Shown here: positions 40,047 through 50,950 of the stretch, in pieces
How positions within the stretch are numbered: position 1 is the first letter of the stretch
Layout of the letters: each line of letters opens with the position of its first letter
Assembly: GCA_043803405.1 (NCBI GenBank)
Contig: JAZDKB010000016.1
Location: forward strand, 16,293 to 80,292
Origin: Spirochaetota bacterium
Lineage (GTDB): Bacteria > Spirochaetota > UBA4802 > JAFGDQ01
Direction: 5' to 3'
DNA length: 64,000 nt
Notes under the pieces: generated by a model
The model's input: only the letters and a program-made list of their open reading frames with translations
Database searches by the model: none
Told to the model about the DNA's origin: nothing
Made by a program: the position numbers and the translations under genes

Positions 40047-41417
40047 ATGATAATTTTTAATAAAAATCGATTCCGGCGTATAAACTTGTTACTTGTTAAC
40101 TTTCTTACATTTTTATTATTGGTAAGTTACGCAGCGAATGGACAATCCACTGCTGCGTCAGATACGCAAAGACAAGAATTGCAACCGTTATTGAATGAAT
40201 TGAATAGCTCGTTAACCGCGCTGAATGAAGGAAATGAAACTAATAAAATTAATGGGAAAGAAGAAAAAAAAACAGGCAGCGAAACAATTAGAGAGAATAA
40301 AGAAATAATTACTCCTGAAAAACCTAAAGAAAAAACGGCAGAAAAACAAAAACCTGTAAAAATCGAAACAAACCCTGCAGAAAGAAGAAAAGCCGATTGG
40401 ATAATTAAAACGATCGACAGCGGCATACACAAAGACAGGAAAAGCGCAATTAATCAAATACTGACAATAAAAGATCAGAGCTTAAAAAATGAGCTTGGAA
40501 AGAAATTAATTGAGGTAATAAAAGATGAAGCTGAACTTGAAGTAAAGATTAAGGCAATAACAGTTATCGGAGAAATAAAAGTAAATGAAGCTGTGCCCGA
40601 TTTACTTAATTGTCTTAACGATGACTCTGAAGATGTAAAAGTAGCCGCAATATATGCAATAAAAAGAATAGGCGATATTTCAGCAAAACCAACACTAATA
40701 ACAAAGCTTAAGGAACAAAAATTTGAAAACAGTTCTACATTGATAGAAGCACTTATTGATACACTTGGCGAGTTCAAGGCAATCGAATTATCTGCTTTTG
40801 CTGCTGAGACTATAAAGAACACGAAAACCAACCAGATAGTCCGTGAGCTTTTAGTTCTCTTTCTCGGGAAGGTCGACTCAAAAGAATCGAAAGGCATACT
40901 CCTTGAACTCCTGAATGACGAGGATGAGAATGAACAGATAAGAGCATTTGCGGTAAATTCGATTGCCAACCTGAAAATAAACGAAGCTATACCGGATATT
41001 GAGAAAGTCACTAAAACAATTGATTCATATCCTTTCAATAAAAAGAAAAAGTATTTTAATCTTTATATTTATTGCATTGCTGCCCTTGTAAAGCTTGGAG
41101 ATGAAAAAGCGTTCCCATTGTTCTTAAACGCGTTAAGAAGCGACAATGCGGTAGTCAGGCTTAAAGCGGTTAAACTTGTCAAAGAAACAAAGGATAAAAG
41201 AACGATTGACATATTAAAATATAAGATGCTTTATGATCCAAGCTTAAAAGTACAAAGCGCGGCAAAAGAAGCCCTGAAAGAGTTAGGTGTTGATATCGAA
41301 TCAGTAAAAATTGAGAAATTAAGCGAAGAGAATGTTAAAAAATTAAATATTAAAAAGGAAGAATCCGCTGATAAAAAAGATTCTGCTGACGTATCTACTG
41401 ATCCAGCGCAGGAATAG
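40047..41417 (+). CDS. Secreted HEAT/PBS-lyase repeat protein
   Basis: A signal peptide precedes repeated ~30-aa HEAT-like units (DVKVAAIYAIKRIGD, AVVRLKAVKLVKE, LKVQSAAKEALKELG). Confidence 0.65.
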   Translation: MIIFNKNRFRRINLLLVNFLTFLLLVSYAANGQSTAASDTQRQELQPLLNELNSSLTALNEGNETNKINGKEEKKTGSETIRENKEIITPEKPKEKTAEKQKPVKIETNPAERRKADWIIKTIDSGIHKDRKSAINQILTIKDQSLKNELGKKLIEVIKDEAELEVKIKAITVIGEIKVNEAVPDLLNCLNDDSEDVKVAAIYAIKRIGDISAKPTLITKLKEQKFENSSTLIEALIDTLGEFKAIELSAFAAETIKNTKTNQIVRELLVLFLGKVDSKESKGILLELLNDEDENEQIRAFAVNSIANLKINEAIPDIEKVTKTIDSYPFNKKKKYFNLYIYCIAALVKLGDEKAFPLFLNALRSDNAVVRLKAVKLVKETKDKRTIDILKYKMLYDPSLKVQSAAKEALKELGVDIESVKIEKLSEENVKKLNIKKEESADKKDSADVSTDPAQE

Positions 41418-41419
41418 AC

Positions 41420-41830
41420 ATGAATAACACATCCAAAAAAATCAGCTTTGTAAACAGGCTGAAAAATTCCGCCAATATTTTCATTTTTATTTTTGTTTCT
41501 CTGATAGCTTCCCTTATTATAATGAATCTTTTAATACTTCCGGTTGCGGTTTTCTCAGTAAAAAACAAAATACTGTTTACATATATAGTAAAATATTTTT
41601 TCTGGCTTGCCATAATAGTATCTGCGGCCTGGCTGCTTGTAACTAAAGTTATATTTTATAAAAAAAACGAATTCAATAATAAACACATACTAAAAATTAT
41701 TCTTTTAAAACCGCTTTTATTTCTGTTATATTTATTAATAATTTTTCTTATTATTTTTATAATGATTGCTTTGATTAATTTTATTCTCCAAAATAATTAT
41801 TATTTACTTTATAAAATAATTAATTTATAA
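41420..41830 (+). CDS. Hypothetical polytopic membrane protein
   Basis: The 136-aa ORF has 3-4 hydrophobic segments. It starts 3 nt after the HEAT gene and ends 10 nt before the esterase-like gene. Confidence 0.35.
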   Translation: MNNTSKKISFVNRLKNSANIFIFIFVSLIASLIIMNLLILPVAVFSVKNKILFTYIVKYFFWLAIIVSAAWLLVTKVIFYKKNEFNNKHILKIILLKPLLFLLYLLIIFLIIFIMIALINFILQNNYYLLYKIINL

Positions 41831-41840
41831 TACAATTACA

Positions 41841-42803
41841 GTGATAAACGACTTCGACAGATTTTTTCTGAATCTTCCGCCTTTTGACAGAGAATCGGAT
41901 TTTTACTCTTTCTGGGATAAAGCTTTTGTTGACCTGAAAAGAATACCGATTGAACCTGCGATCGAAAAAAAAACAGGGCAAACATCTTCTAAATTCGATA
42001 TCTATAATACGGTATTCAACGGCGCCGGTAAATATAAAGTAAAAGGCGAGCTGTATGTTCCAAAGAATATAGACAACCCAAAAATAATTATTCTTATTCA
42101 CGATTATAATCAGCCTTTTCAGCCGAATGAGGAGATAATTGATCCTGAACTGGCTTTTTTCTTTGTTCAACTGCGCGGTCATGAATTGCTTTTCAGTAAA
42201 GATCAAAATAATACTAGTACCAGTAAAGAAGAAAAAAAACTACCCGGGTTTCTGACAGAGAACATCCTGGAGTTAAATAATTATTATATAAAAAATATTT
42301 ATCTCGATGCGTTCAGGTCAGTTGACTTTTTGAGACTGTTAAAAAAGGCTGATTGCAGCGGCATAGGAATAATAGGGAAAGGCCTGGGCGCTGCTGCTGC
42401 GGTTTTTGCTGCAGGTTCTTCGGAAAGGATCATATCGCTTGTGCTCGATACGCCTTCGTTCTGTTATCTTGAATTAAGCCAGAATATTTCCAAAAGCGAT
42501 GCTACAAATGAAATCAATTCTTTTCTTTCGGGCAACCGGAGCAGAAAGAAAGAAGTAAAAAAACACCTGTCTTATTTCGATGCGATTAACCATTCGGATA
42601 AAATTAATATTCCGGTTCTTGCTGCTGTGGGGTTAAAGGATACTTTGTCCCCGCCGGAATGTGTATTCGCGTTGTTTAATCATTTTCAGTGCGAAAAAAC
42701 TATGGAAGTATATCCTGAAGATGATTATAATGCAGGCGGCGAGGAACAATTTAAAAAAGCGGTTAAATGGACAAAAAATATTTTATTGAGTGATGTTGAC
42801 TAA
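41841..42803 (+). CDS. CE7 (AXE1 / cephalosporin-C deacetylase) family homologue that appears to lack the catalytic Ser and His
   Basis: By motif-level recall it lines up along its length with CE7 enzymes (FWDKA..., HDYN, YLDAFRSVDFL, VGLKDTLSPPECVF). The nucleophile motif GGSQGG reads GKGLGA. The C-terminal G-H-E region reads EDDYN. Confidence 0.65.
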   Translation: MINDFDRFFLNLPPFDRESDFYSFWDKAFVDLKRIPIEPAIEKKTGQTSSKFDIYNTVFNGAGKYKVKGELYVPKNIDNPKIIILIHDYNQPFQPNEEIIDPELAFFFVQLRGHELLFSKDQNNTSTSKEEKKLPGFLTENILELNNYYIKNIYLDAFRSVDFLRLLKKADCSGIGIIGKGLGAAAAVFAAGSSERIISLVLDTPSFCYLELSQNISKSDATNEINSFLSGNRSRKKEVKKHLSYFDAINHSDKINIPVLAAVGLKDTLSPPECVFALFNHFQCEKTMEVYPEDDYNAGGEEQFKKAVKWTKNILLSDVD

Positions 42804-42811
42804 TAAAAATT

Positions 42812-44863
42812 TTACGGAACAAAATATCCGCCCCACTCTACTCCGCGATGGCCTTTATAATTCACTTCTATTTTTATATCCGACCACCATCCCTTGATTA
42901 TTGGTGTTTTATGTGAGGAATACGTAACAAGGTATCTGTATTCTTCAGCCTGTTTTATCCTGTCATATATGCTTCTTAAACCGTCAACATCGCTTGTCTT
43001 ATAAACTGCGCCTCCGGTCTCACTGGCAATACGCTTCAGTAAAGGATCAATTTCTTTAAATGCAATAACATAAATCGGGATATAGTGGCTTTTTGCGTAC
43101 TCTGTTATGTATTCAGGCGAGTATTTCTCGAATGAATTTTTATGCACGCTCCCGTCCGAAATTAAAACAATTCCTCTTCTGTTTAGTTTAAGAAGAAGAT
43201 TGCTTATCCCGTTATACAGGGCTTTATCTATTGCTTTGCCTTCGGAATATGTTCTTTTTCGCAGCGCTTTTGCTGTCCTTAATCTGCTCCAGTCAAAATC
43301 ACTTCCTACCCATGCATCTTTGTTAAAATTCATAAGCTGCAATGAATCATTTTTTTTCATCTTCTTTAAAATGAAATCCGATACCCAAGGAATATCATTA
43401 TGGTAACCGGCAGCGTTCTCTGATCTGTCCACACACAGTACGGCAGAAACGGACGGATGCTCATTCTTTAAATAGTCAGAATAAATATTCGACATCGAAA
43501 CATTATCTTCCAGTATTTTAAAATTAGTCCTGTCAAGATTATAAACCGGGCCGCCGCCGCGTTTGCGGACATTAAGATAAAAAGCCACAACTGGATATTT
43601 ATCTGCTTCAACAGATGTCACTTCAATTTCAAGGTTTGTGTACACCGATTGCAGCGGAGAAAAAACAAAAATATTTTCCTGATTATAATCAAGGCAATAC
43701 ATAACCCCGTCTCTGTCGATATAAGAAGAAACAAGCTTGGAAAAACTTTTTTTTCCGTTATCCCAGGATTCAAATTTAGATATTGCACCGTTTTCCGGTG
43801 AATAAAAAATCAATCCGGCCTTCTCGTCCGAAATTACCAGATTATTATTATAAATTCTTATGCCTCTCGGAATGCTGATGCCGCCCGGTGTTATATTTTT
43901 TACAAAATTTCCTGAGTCATCAAAATTCGCAATGCGTTTGTTCCCAGTGTCGGTTACATAAACATTATCTTTCCGGACAAATATATTCGATGGATTATCA
44001 AGTTGTCCTTCATATTCTCCGGGTTCGCCGAATTTTAAAATGAAATTCCCGTCTTTATCGAACTTCTGTACCCGGTTGTTCCCGGAATCAACAACGTATA
44101 TGTTACCATCTTCATCAAGGCATAAACCCTTTGGCCCGTGAAAATTTCCGTCGGCCTTTCCTGAGGATCCTAACGATTTAATGAGTTTTAGGTTTTTATC
44201 GAGTATATGAGCAACGTCCATTTTAAAATCGGATACAACTACTCTGCTTTTATTGCAGTCAACTCCATAGTACCTTGTTCCTGTTCCCTGGCTGAATACC
44301 GATTGTCCCTCGCCGTTGGAATTCAGTTTTATAAGCTTGCCTGAATAAAAAGATGTAATATATATATTCTTTTCAGAATCAATTGCCAGGTCAATTGGTT
44401 TTGGAAATCTGAATCTGCCAAGATCGTCGGACTTGTACGAATCGGTATAAACATACTCATTTCGGCCAATTGCAAATTTAGTATGCATGTTCGCAGACAT
44501 TCTGTATCTTAGTGAATCAAGCTTGTTCATTACAGATACATTTTTGGAAGACATGCCTGCAATGATCTCCCATTCTTTTATAGCTTCATTTACATAGCCG
44601 GCCAGTTTATACGATCTCGCAAGGTATTCCCTTGCAGTATAATATTCGGGATAAACGGAAACAGCCTTTCTGAAATATTCAACAGCGGACAGATACTGCA
44701 TGCGGTTAAAATATATAAAGCCTTTTTTAAAATGATCTTTTGCGGATTCGAATGTCGAAAGCTCACTTGATTCCGAGAAAGTGTTTTTAATATTAATAAA
44801 AGAAAATATTAATAGAAGGATAATTAAGCTTATATGTTTTACTGTGTTTTTTTTACTTAACAT
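42812..44863 (-). CDS. Secreted TPR - NHL-repeat - VWA-like multidomain protein
   Basis: A signal peptide is followed by TPR-like helices (YLSAVEYFRKAVSVYPEYY). NHL repeats follow (IYITSFYSGKLIKLNSNGE, DGNIYVVDSGNNRVQKFDKDGN). The C-terminus is a degenerate VWA-like domain (VLCVDRSENA...VLISDGS). Confidence 0.65.
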   Translation of the reverse strand: MLSKKNTVKHISLIILLLIFSFINIKNTFSESSELSTFESAKDHFKKGFIYFNRMQYLSAVEYFRKAVSVYPEYYTAREYLARSYKLAGYVNEAIKEWEIIAGMSSKNVSVMNKLDSLRYRMSANMHTKFAIGRNEYVYTDSYKSDDLGRFRFPKPIDLAIDSEKNIYITSFYSGKLIKLNSNGEGQSVFSQGTGTRYYGVDCNKSRVVVSDFKMDVAHILDKNLKLIKSLGSSGKADGNFHGPKGLCLDEDGNIYVVDSGNNRVQKFDKDGNFILKFGEPGEYEGQLDNPSNIFVRKDNVYVTDTGNKRIANFDDSGNFVKNITPGGISIPRGIRIYNNNLVISDEKAGLIFYSPENGAISKFESWDNGKKSFSKLVSSYIDRDGVMYCLDYNQENIFVFSPLQSVYTNLEIEVTSVEADKYPVVAFYLNVRKRGGGPVYNLDRTNFKILEDNVSMSNIYSDYLKNEHPSVSAVLCVDRSENAAGYHNDIPWVSDFILKKMKKNDSLQLMNFNKDAWVGSDFDWSRLRTAKALRKRTYSEGKAIDKALYNGISNLLLKLNRRGIVLISDGSVHKNSFEKYSPEYITEYAKSHYIPIYVIAFKEIDPLLKRIASETGGAVYKTSDVDGLRSIYDRIKQAEEYRYLVTYSSHKTPIIKGWWSDIKIEVNYKGHRGVEWGGYFVP

Positions 44864-44937
44864 AATAAGTTTATCTTAAAGCTGGCTTTAGTGATATTAA
44901 ATTACTCAACTGGATTGACTTTTTTATTTTAGATTCA

Positions 44938-45062
44938 AGATAAATATCATAGTAATCATCGATTTTCTCGCCGCTAATGCATACATGCATACATCCTGTA
45001 AGAAGCGGCTCGCGACGGCATCCTGCCGCCTTAAAATTGATGATTACTATGATATTTATCTA
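44938..45062. repeat. Roughly 125-bp element with 29-bp terminal inverted repeats (one mismatch) flanking a 67-bp GC-richer core. It could be a MITE-like element or a long structured RNA
   Basis: The left arm AGATAAATATCATAGTAATCATCGATTTT (44938-44966) is the reverse complement of AAAATTGATGATTACTATGATATTTATCT (45034-45062), apart from G versus A at one position. The core contains further short stems (CGGCATCCTGCCG, GCATACATGCATAC). Confidence 0.45.
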
Positions 45063-45143
45063 TAATTTAAAGCTAACATTAAGAAAAAGTCAGCTTAAAT
45101 AGCGTCTCCGAGTCACTCCGAACCGGTATTATGCCATAAATAG

Positions 45144-47951
45144 CTATAATACCCTTTTTATATATTGTCCTGTATAAGAGTTCTTTACTTTAGCAATATT
45201 TTCAGGAATACCCTCCGCTATTACGTAACCACCGTCATTTCCGCCGTCCGGCCCAAGATCAATAATCCAGTCTGCTGTTTTAATAACATCCAGGTTATGT
45301 TCAATTACAATTACAGTATTGCCTTTATCAACCAGGGATTTTAAAATATCAAGCAGCTTTTTTATATCCGCAAAATGAAGTCCTGTTGTTGGCTCATCAA
45401 GAATATAAATCGTTTTGCCTGTGGATCTCTTTGCGAGTTCCGTCGCAAGCTTAACCCTTTGCGCTTCTCCACCTGAAAGCGTTGTAGCAGACTGTCCCAG
45501 CTTTATGTATCCGAGACCTACCCTGTTCAGCACTTCAAGCTTGGTTGAGACAGCCGGAATATTTTCAAAAAACTCCAGGGCTTCCTTTACTGACATCTCG
45601 AGAATCTCGTAAATATTCTTCCCCTTATACCGGATCTCAAGAGTCTCATGATTATATCTTCTGCCCTTGCATACCTCGCATGTTATGTATATATCGGATA
45701 AAAAATGCATCTCAATTTTTTTCAATCCATCGCCCTGGCACGATTCGCATCTGCCGCCGGCAACATTAAATGAAAACCGGCCAGGTTCATATCCCCTCAT
45801 TTTAGATTCAGACAGCTTTGCAAACAGGTCTCGTATAGGGGTAAAAAGCCCCGTGTAAGTTGCAGGATTTGATCTGGGCGTCCTCCCGATAGCCGACTGG
45901 TCTATATCTATTACCTTATCAAGTCTTTCAATTCCGAATATCTTTTTGAATTTTCCTGGAAAAACTTTACTCTTCATAAGAATCGAAGATAATGCTTTAT
46001 ATAGGATCTCGATTATTAATGTCGATTTTCCCGACCCGGATACTCCCGTTACGCAGGTCAATACTCCAAGCGGAAATTGGACATTAATATCTTTTAAATT
46101 ATTCTCGCATGCTCCCTGAATTTCGATAAAGCCGTTTGGTTCCCTCCGTTTCTCCGGTACAGGTATCGTTAATTTTCCGGAAAGATACTGCCCTGTAAGC
46201 GACTTCTCGTTCAGCGCTATTTCCTCTGCTGTTCCTTTTGCGACTATGTATCCGCCGTCAAGGCCGGCGCCCGGCCCAAGGTCAATTACATAATCCGATT
46301 CCCTTATCGTTTCCTCGTCGTGTTCAACTACGATCACGGTGTTCCCAAGGTCACGCATATGCTTAAGTGTATCCAGAAGCCTTTTGTTGTCGCGCTGGTG
46401 AAGGCCTATGCTGGGTTCATCGAGGATATACAGAACGCCCATAAGGCTGGAGCCGATTTGTGTCGCAAGCCGGATTCTCTGCGCTTCTCCCCCTGAAAGA
46501 GTGCCCGCGGCTCTGCTGAGCGTAAGGTAATCGATTCCGACATCCTTAAGAAATTTAAGCCTTGTTTTTATCTCGTTGATTACCTGATGAGCGATCTTTT
46601 TCTGTATGTCGTTAAGTTCAATGTCCGTAAAAAATTTAATCCCGTCTTTAATTGAAAATGATGTCATCTCCCCTATGGTAATGCCGGCAACCTTTACTGC
46701 AAGGCTTTCCGGGCGCAGCCTCATACCCTTGCACACGTCGCAGTCGTGGTTTGTCATAAAACTCTCCATCCACTCCCGCATATATTCGGATTTGGTCTCT
46801 TTATATCTTCTTTCGAGATTAGGGATTACTCCCTCAAACGAACGATGGAACTTATATTCATCGCTGTTTCTCCGGATATTGAAATTCATTTTAATATTTC
46901 CGGAGCCGTTGAGGATAATATCTTTAATTTTTTCAGGAAGGTTTTTCCATGGCTTGTTCGCATCGAATCCGAAATTGCGCTCAAGCGCCTTAATCTGTTC
47001 CTGATACCAGTAGCTCGTTGTTTTCCCCCATGCTTCAATTACGCCTTCATAAAGCGACTTGTCCGGTTCTGTGATTAAAAGAGCAGGATCAAACTGCATA
47101 ATAAATCCAAGCCCGCTGCACCTGGGACACGCACCGTAAGGACTGTTAAAGGAAAACATTCTTGGGGAGAGTTCGGGAATGGAAATCCCGCAATCCGGGC
47201 ACGAAAGCTTTGTGGAAAAAAGTCTTTCTTCGGAATCGGTAACTATAATTACTAGGCCGTCTGCTATCTCCATAGCCGTCTCAACTGAGTCAGCCAAACG
47301 CGGCCTAATACCGTTCTTCAGCACAATCCTGTCTACGATAATTTCGATATTGTGCTTCTTCGTCTTTGATATCTTTATGGTTTCATCCAGGTTCATGAAC
47401 TCGCCGTCCACCCTCACCCTGGCAAAACCGTTTTTCTTTGCGGATTCGAATTTCTCTTCATGTTCGCCCTTTCTGCCGCGGACGACCGGAGCAAGAATCT
47501 GCATTTTAGTGCCCGCAGGATACGTTAATACCGACTCGACTATCTGATCAACCGACTGGGAAGAAATCTTTTTACCGCACTTGTAGCAGTATGGCTCACC
47601 TACGCGCGCATAAAGCAGGCGGAAATAATCGTATATCTCGGTAACTGTTCCGACTGTTGATCTGGGATTTCTGTGGGTTGTTTTTTGTTCAATAGAAATC
47701 GCCGGGGAAAGGCCGTCGATAAACTCAACGTCCGGTTTTTCTATCATGCCTAAAAATTGTCTCGCGTAGGCGGACAGCGATTCAACATATCTGCGCTGGC
47801 CTTCAGCATATATCGTATCGAAAGCAAGTGAGGATTTTCCCGAACCTGAAAGGCCGGTAATTACAACTAATTTGTCTCTGGGGATATCAACTGAAATATT
47901 TTTAAGATTATGCTCTTTTGCGCCTCTAATCCTTATGTCTTTTTCACTCAT
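45144..47951 (-). CDS. uvrA: Excinuclease ABC subunit A
   Basis: The ORF starts [46 protein letters not shown], has two ABC modules and zinc-finger Cys clusters. I placed the start at the internal Met (47951) by comparison with canonical UvrA N-termini. Confidence 0.9.
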   Translation of the reverse strand: MSEKDIRIRGAKEHNLKNISVDIPRDKLVVITGLSGSGKSSLAFDTIYAEGQRRYVESLSAYARQFLGMIEKPDVEFIDGLSPAISIEQKTTHRNPRSTVGTVTEIYDYFRLLYARVGEPYCYKCGKKISSQSVDQIVESVLTYPAGTKMQILAPVVRGRKGEHEEKFESAKKNGFARVRVDGEFMNLDETIKISKTKKHNIEIIVDRIVLKNGIRPRLADSVETAMEIADGLVIIVTDSEERLFSTKLSCPDCGISIPELSPRMFSFNSPYGACPRCSGLGFIMQFDPALLITEPDKSLYEGVIEAWGKTTSYWYQEQIKALERNFGFDANKPWKNLPEKIKDIILNGSGNIKMNFNIRRNSDEYKFHRSFEGVIPNLERRYKETKSEYMREWMESFMTNHDCDVCKGMRLRPESLAVKVAGITIGEMTSFSIKDGIKFFTDIELNDIQKKIAHQVINEIKTRLKFLKDVGIDYLTLSRAAGTLSGGEAQRIRLATQIGSSLMGVLYILDEPSIGLHQRDNKRLLDTLKHMRDLGNTVIVVEHDEETIRESDYVIDLGPGAGLDGGYIVAKGTAEEIALNEKSLTGQYLSGKLTIPVPEKRREPNGFIEIQGACENNLKDINVQFPLGVLTCVTGVSGSGKSTLIIEILYKALSSILMKSKVFPGKFKKIFGIERLDKVIDIDQSAIGRTPRSNPATYTGLFTPIRDLFAKLSESKMRGYEPGRFSFNVAGGRCESCQGDGLKKIEMHFLSDIYITCEVCKGRRYNHETLEIRYKGKNIYEILEMSVKEALEFFENIPAVSTKLEVLNRVGLGYIKLGQSATTLSGGEAQRVKLATELAKRSTGKTIYILDEPTTGLHFADIKKLLDILKSLVDKGNTVIVIEHNLDVIKTADWIIDLGPDGGNDGGYVIAEGIPENIAKVKNSYTGQYIKRVL

Positions 47952-48244
47952 ATCTGGGTTATAGCAATGGAACCGCACATTGGGCATGCTATATCAAATT
48001 CTTCTCTCTCAATGTTATCTTTGTTATCTATAACAATATCATCCCATCTGTAATCGCAATCATCGCATGCAAAACTTAAATGTACTTTTGTCTCTTCTTC
48101 GTCTTCTTCTAATTCCTTTTCAGCATCCTCGTCTTTTTCTTCTTCATGCTCTAATTCATCATAATAATTGTCTTTGCTCTCATCATCGCCGAAATTGCCT
48201 TCATAAAATTTTTCGTTAGAATTTATTCCAAATATATCGTTCAT
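47948..48244 (-). CDS. Small acidic zinc-ribbon protein, translationally coupled to uvrA
   Basis: The 98-aa ORF is Asp/Glu-rich with a CDDC...CPMCG pair. Its TGA stop overlaps the uvrA ATG (ATGA). Confidence 0.45.
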   Translation of the reverse strand: MNDIFGINSNEKFYEGNFGDDESKDNYYDELEHEEEKDEDAEKELEEDEEETKVHLSFACDDCDYRWDDIVIDNKDNIEREEFDIACPMCGSIAITQI

Positions 48245-48429
48245 AACATCACCCTATCCGAAATTTTATGCGTTAAAAATTGTTTTCAAATTCATCCGCA
48301 AGCGCTGGTAAAACATCTTAAAATAATTTGTAAATTAGAATTTTCTATGTTTTTTTGTCAAATAATTTTAAAATAAATTTAAAAATTAAATAATCCGCAA
48401 TTCATTGATTTCCTGAACACAAAAAAGAA

Positions 48430-50901
48430 TCAGTGCTGGGACTCCTGTCTTTGCTCTAACGGATATACCTGTGTTTTTTGCAATTTATCGCCTTCAAAGG
48501 CTTTTAATGTAAGTGCGATAAAAAAGAGTTGTTCATAATACATCAATCTGTCTTTGTTCTCGGCGCCCCAATTCTCAGTCTTTCTTTGCACACTATAGAA
48601 AAATCCAACTTCCCAGCAATGCAGATCATGTAATATATTGATAAACAGGTTCCGAAGAGTAAAAACCGCGTTTCTTGACCTCTCCCTGTCATAAAAGTAC
48701 AATGATTTTTCCAAATCGTCAAAGAAATTTTTATTATATAGCAAATAAGCCCTGTCAGCCTGCGATCCACTCCCGATTTCCAAACGCCATAGCTTAACTA
48801 CATCAATATATAAAGCCCATTTTAACGACATTGTGTCCCTGAATGGGAACCTGTAATCGTGAAAAAAGTTATACCCGATTTCAAAATTTCTAACCTGTTT
48901 AACAACAGGCAAAGCAAAATTTCCCGTAGTAAATTTTAAATCTAGAGTGTCATAGCCGGATTTCCTGTCTTTCGTTATGTACAGATAATTATTCACAGCC
49001 TCTATTCCTGAATAAAACAGCCCTGCTTTACGGTTTGACGCGGAACCCGAGTCATAGAATAACCGGCAAAAATCCAGAAAGATCCTGTTACTTACTGCAA
49101 TATTTTTGAATCTCTCATCATCGTAAGGATAATTTACTCTTGCATCGTAAATCGTGGTAACCGACATTTTTATATCATCGTGCGGCAGTAAAAAAATACC
49201 GCCTGCAAATTCATTTCGTTTTTCGTGAACAAACGGCTCAATAGTTTCCTTTTCAAGATAAGATCTTCTGAAATAATGCGCTGTCTGCAGGTAATATTTC
49301 GGAAGGCCGAACTTTAATGTATTTGATACTTCAAAATACTCATAGCTGTTCTTTTCTGCGGAAGCTTCTGCGGATCTTTTTGCCAACTCATCATTATTAT
49401 ACGGGCCTCTGACCCATTGCGCCACAAAACCGTTTTGAATACCGGGTGTATATGTAAAATAGTTTAGAAACGGAAAGTCCGTATTTATTAATAAATAACC
49501 GGATGGCCTGTATTCTGTGCTGTAATAATGCCCGTGATCATACTGTTTTGTTGAATTACCGGCACAGTTAAAAAACCAGTTGATCTTTTGCTTATTATAA
49601 TCGCTGTTTCCATCGTTATAGTTAAAAAGATAAAAAGAATCATTATATGTAAAATTAAAGACCGGGAGCTGATCTGTATACGGCACATATCTTCCCTTGA
49701 CAGAATAATTATTGACAGTATTAAGAGGATCGGTTGTGTCCCATATCCATTGCCTGGACAGCTTCAGAGAAATATCATGATTTGTGCTTTTATCGCCTAT
49801 AGTATAATTCCAGTTAAGTAATGACTTTTGTTTTAAATCAGGCGGCATATATCCGAACATCATGAAGGATGCTATAGGCTCTCGCCTTGCGTCATAATAT
49901 CTTTCAAATTCCCAGTTGTTCATCCACTCAAATTTAACCGAACTGTATGAATACGAAGTATTTCTTTTATTAAATGAATAGTCATTATTTAAAACCACTT
50001 TAAACCAGTTATCATTCTCGCCTTCCGGCAGCGGTTTATTCACCCATTTTGAACCTGATGGTTCCGCGTATTGATATTTTGCCCCTGCAAAATATATAAA
50101 TGTGCTGGAATCCGTGCTTTTACTTTTATACTCAACACCGCCATAAGAACCCAATTTATCGTAAACATCCAGTTTGTATTTCCATTTATCTTTGTTTTCG
50201 GACGTATATTTAACCGTATTCTGCATAAATGATCCCCTTCTGCCGCCCTGGCCGAACTGGGTAATAATACCGACTCCGTCATCGGAATGAGCAATTAAAG
50301 GTAAATAAAAAAGGGGAACATCGCCTACTTTATAAATTACATTAAAAGCAATAATCCTTTTATCCCGGTAGATAATGACTTTTTTTGCAGAAAAATGATA
50401 ATGCGGTCTTTCAAGCTCGCATGTGGAAAAATCCATGTTATCGGAAAAATAGGTTTTTTTATTTACGATGCGGATCTTTTTCGTATCGAAAATAACAGGC
50501 TTTCCTGTCGATTTTGCATCATAAAGAACACCTGCATTGTCTTTTACATTAAATACGCCTTTGCCTGCATGTATACGGTTATTACCGTCCTCCAGCAGCA
50601 GATCGCCTGTAATAGTAACATCGCCGGTATTTTTGTTATAAACAATCCTGCGGGAATATATTTTTTTACCGTCAAATTCCATCTTAATATTTCCGGTTAA
50701 AACAAGAATATCTTCCCCTGACTCAGCCATTTTAATAAATTCACCTTCATCTGCTCCGGAAAAAATCAAACCTTCATTTACCGGTTGTTTGGATGAATCC
50801 TGAATATGTATAATTTTCCCATGCTTTTGTTTTTCCTCAGCAATTAGAGTTATTTGCAGTAATAAAAATATTAGTATTGCAATATATGAAAATATTTTCA
50901 A
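48430..50901 (-). CDS. lptD: LPS-assembly protein LptD (OstA family)
   Basis: A signal peptide is followed by an OstA-like N-terminal jellyroll (ILVLTGNIKMEFDGKKIYSRRIVYNKNTGDVTITGD) and then a large aromatic-rich beta-barrel region. The ORF is 823 aa. Confidence 0.65.
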   Translation of the reverse strand: MKIFSYIAILIFLLLQITLIAEEKQKHGKIIHIQDSSKQPVNEGLIFSGADEGEFIKMAESGEDILVLTGNIKMEFDGKKIYSRRIVYNKNTGDVTITGDLLLEDGNNRIHAGKGVFNVKDNAGVLYDAKSTGKPVIFDTKKIRIVNKKTYFSDNMDFSTCELERPHYHFSAKKVIIYRDKRIIAFNVIYKVGDVPLFYLPLIAHSDDGVGIITQFGQGGRRGSFMQNTVKYTSENKDKWKYKLDVYDKLGSYGGVEYKSKSTDSSTFIYFAGAKYQYAEPSGSKWVNKPLPEGENDNWFKVVLNNDYSFNKRNTSYSYSSVKFEWMNNWEFERYYDARREPIASFMMFGYMPPDLKQKSLLNWNYTIGDKSTNHDISLKLSRQWIWDTTDPLNTVNNYSVKGRYVPYTDQLPVFNFTYNDSFYLFNYNDGNSDYNKQKINWFFNCAGNSTKQYDHGHYYSTEYRPSGYLLINTDFPFLNYFTYTPGIQNGFVAQWVRGPYNNDELAKRSAEASAEKNSYEYFEVSNTLKFGLPKYYLQTAHYFRRSYLEKETIEPFVHEKRNEFAGGIFLLPHDDIKMSVTTIYDARVNYPYDDERFKNIAVSNRIFLDFCRLFYDSGSASNRKAGLFYSGIEAVNNYLYITKDRKSGYDTLDLKFTTGNFALPVVKQVRNFEIGYNFFHDYRFPFRDTMSLKWALYIDVVKLWRLEIGSGSQADRAYLLYNKNFFDDLEKSLYFYDRERSRNAVFTLRNLFINILHDLHCWEVGFFYSVQRKTENWGAENKDRLMYYEQLFFIALTLKAFEGDKLQKTQVYPLEQRQESQH

Positions 50902-50950
50902 CTTATGTCTCTTTTTAGATTAGGCAGGATTGAACGAGATACATCTCTGC

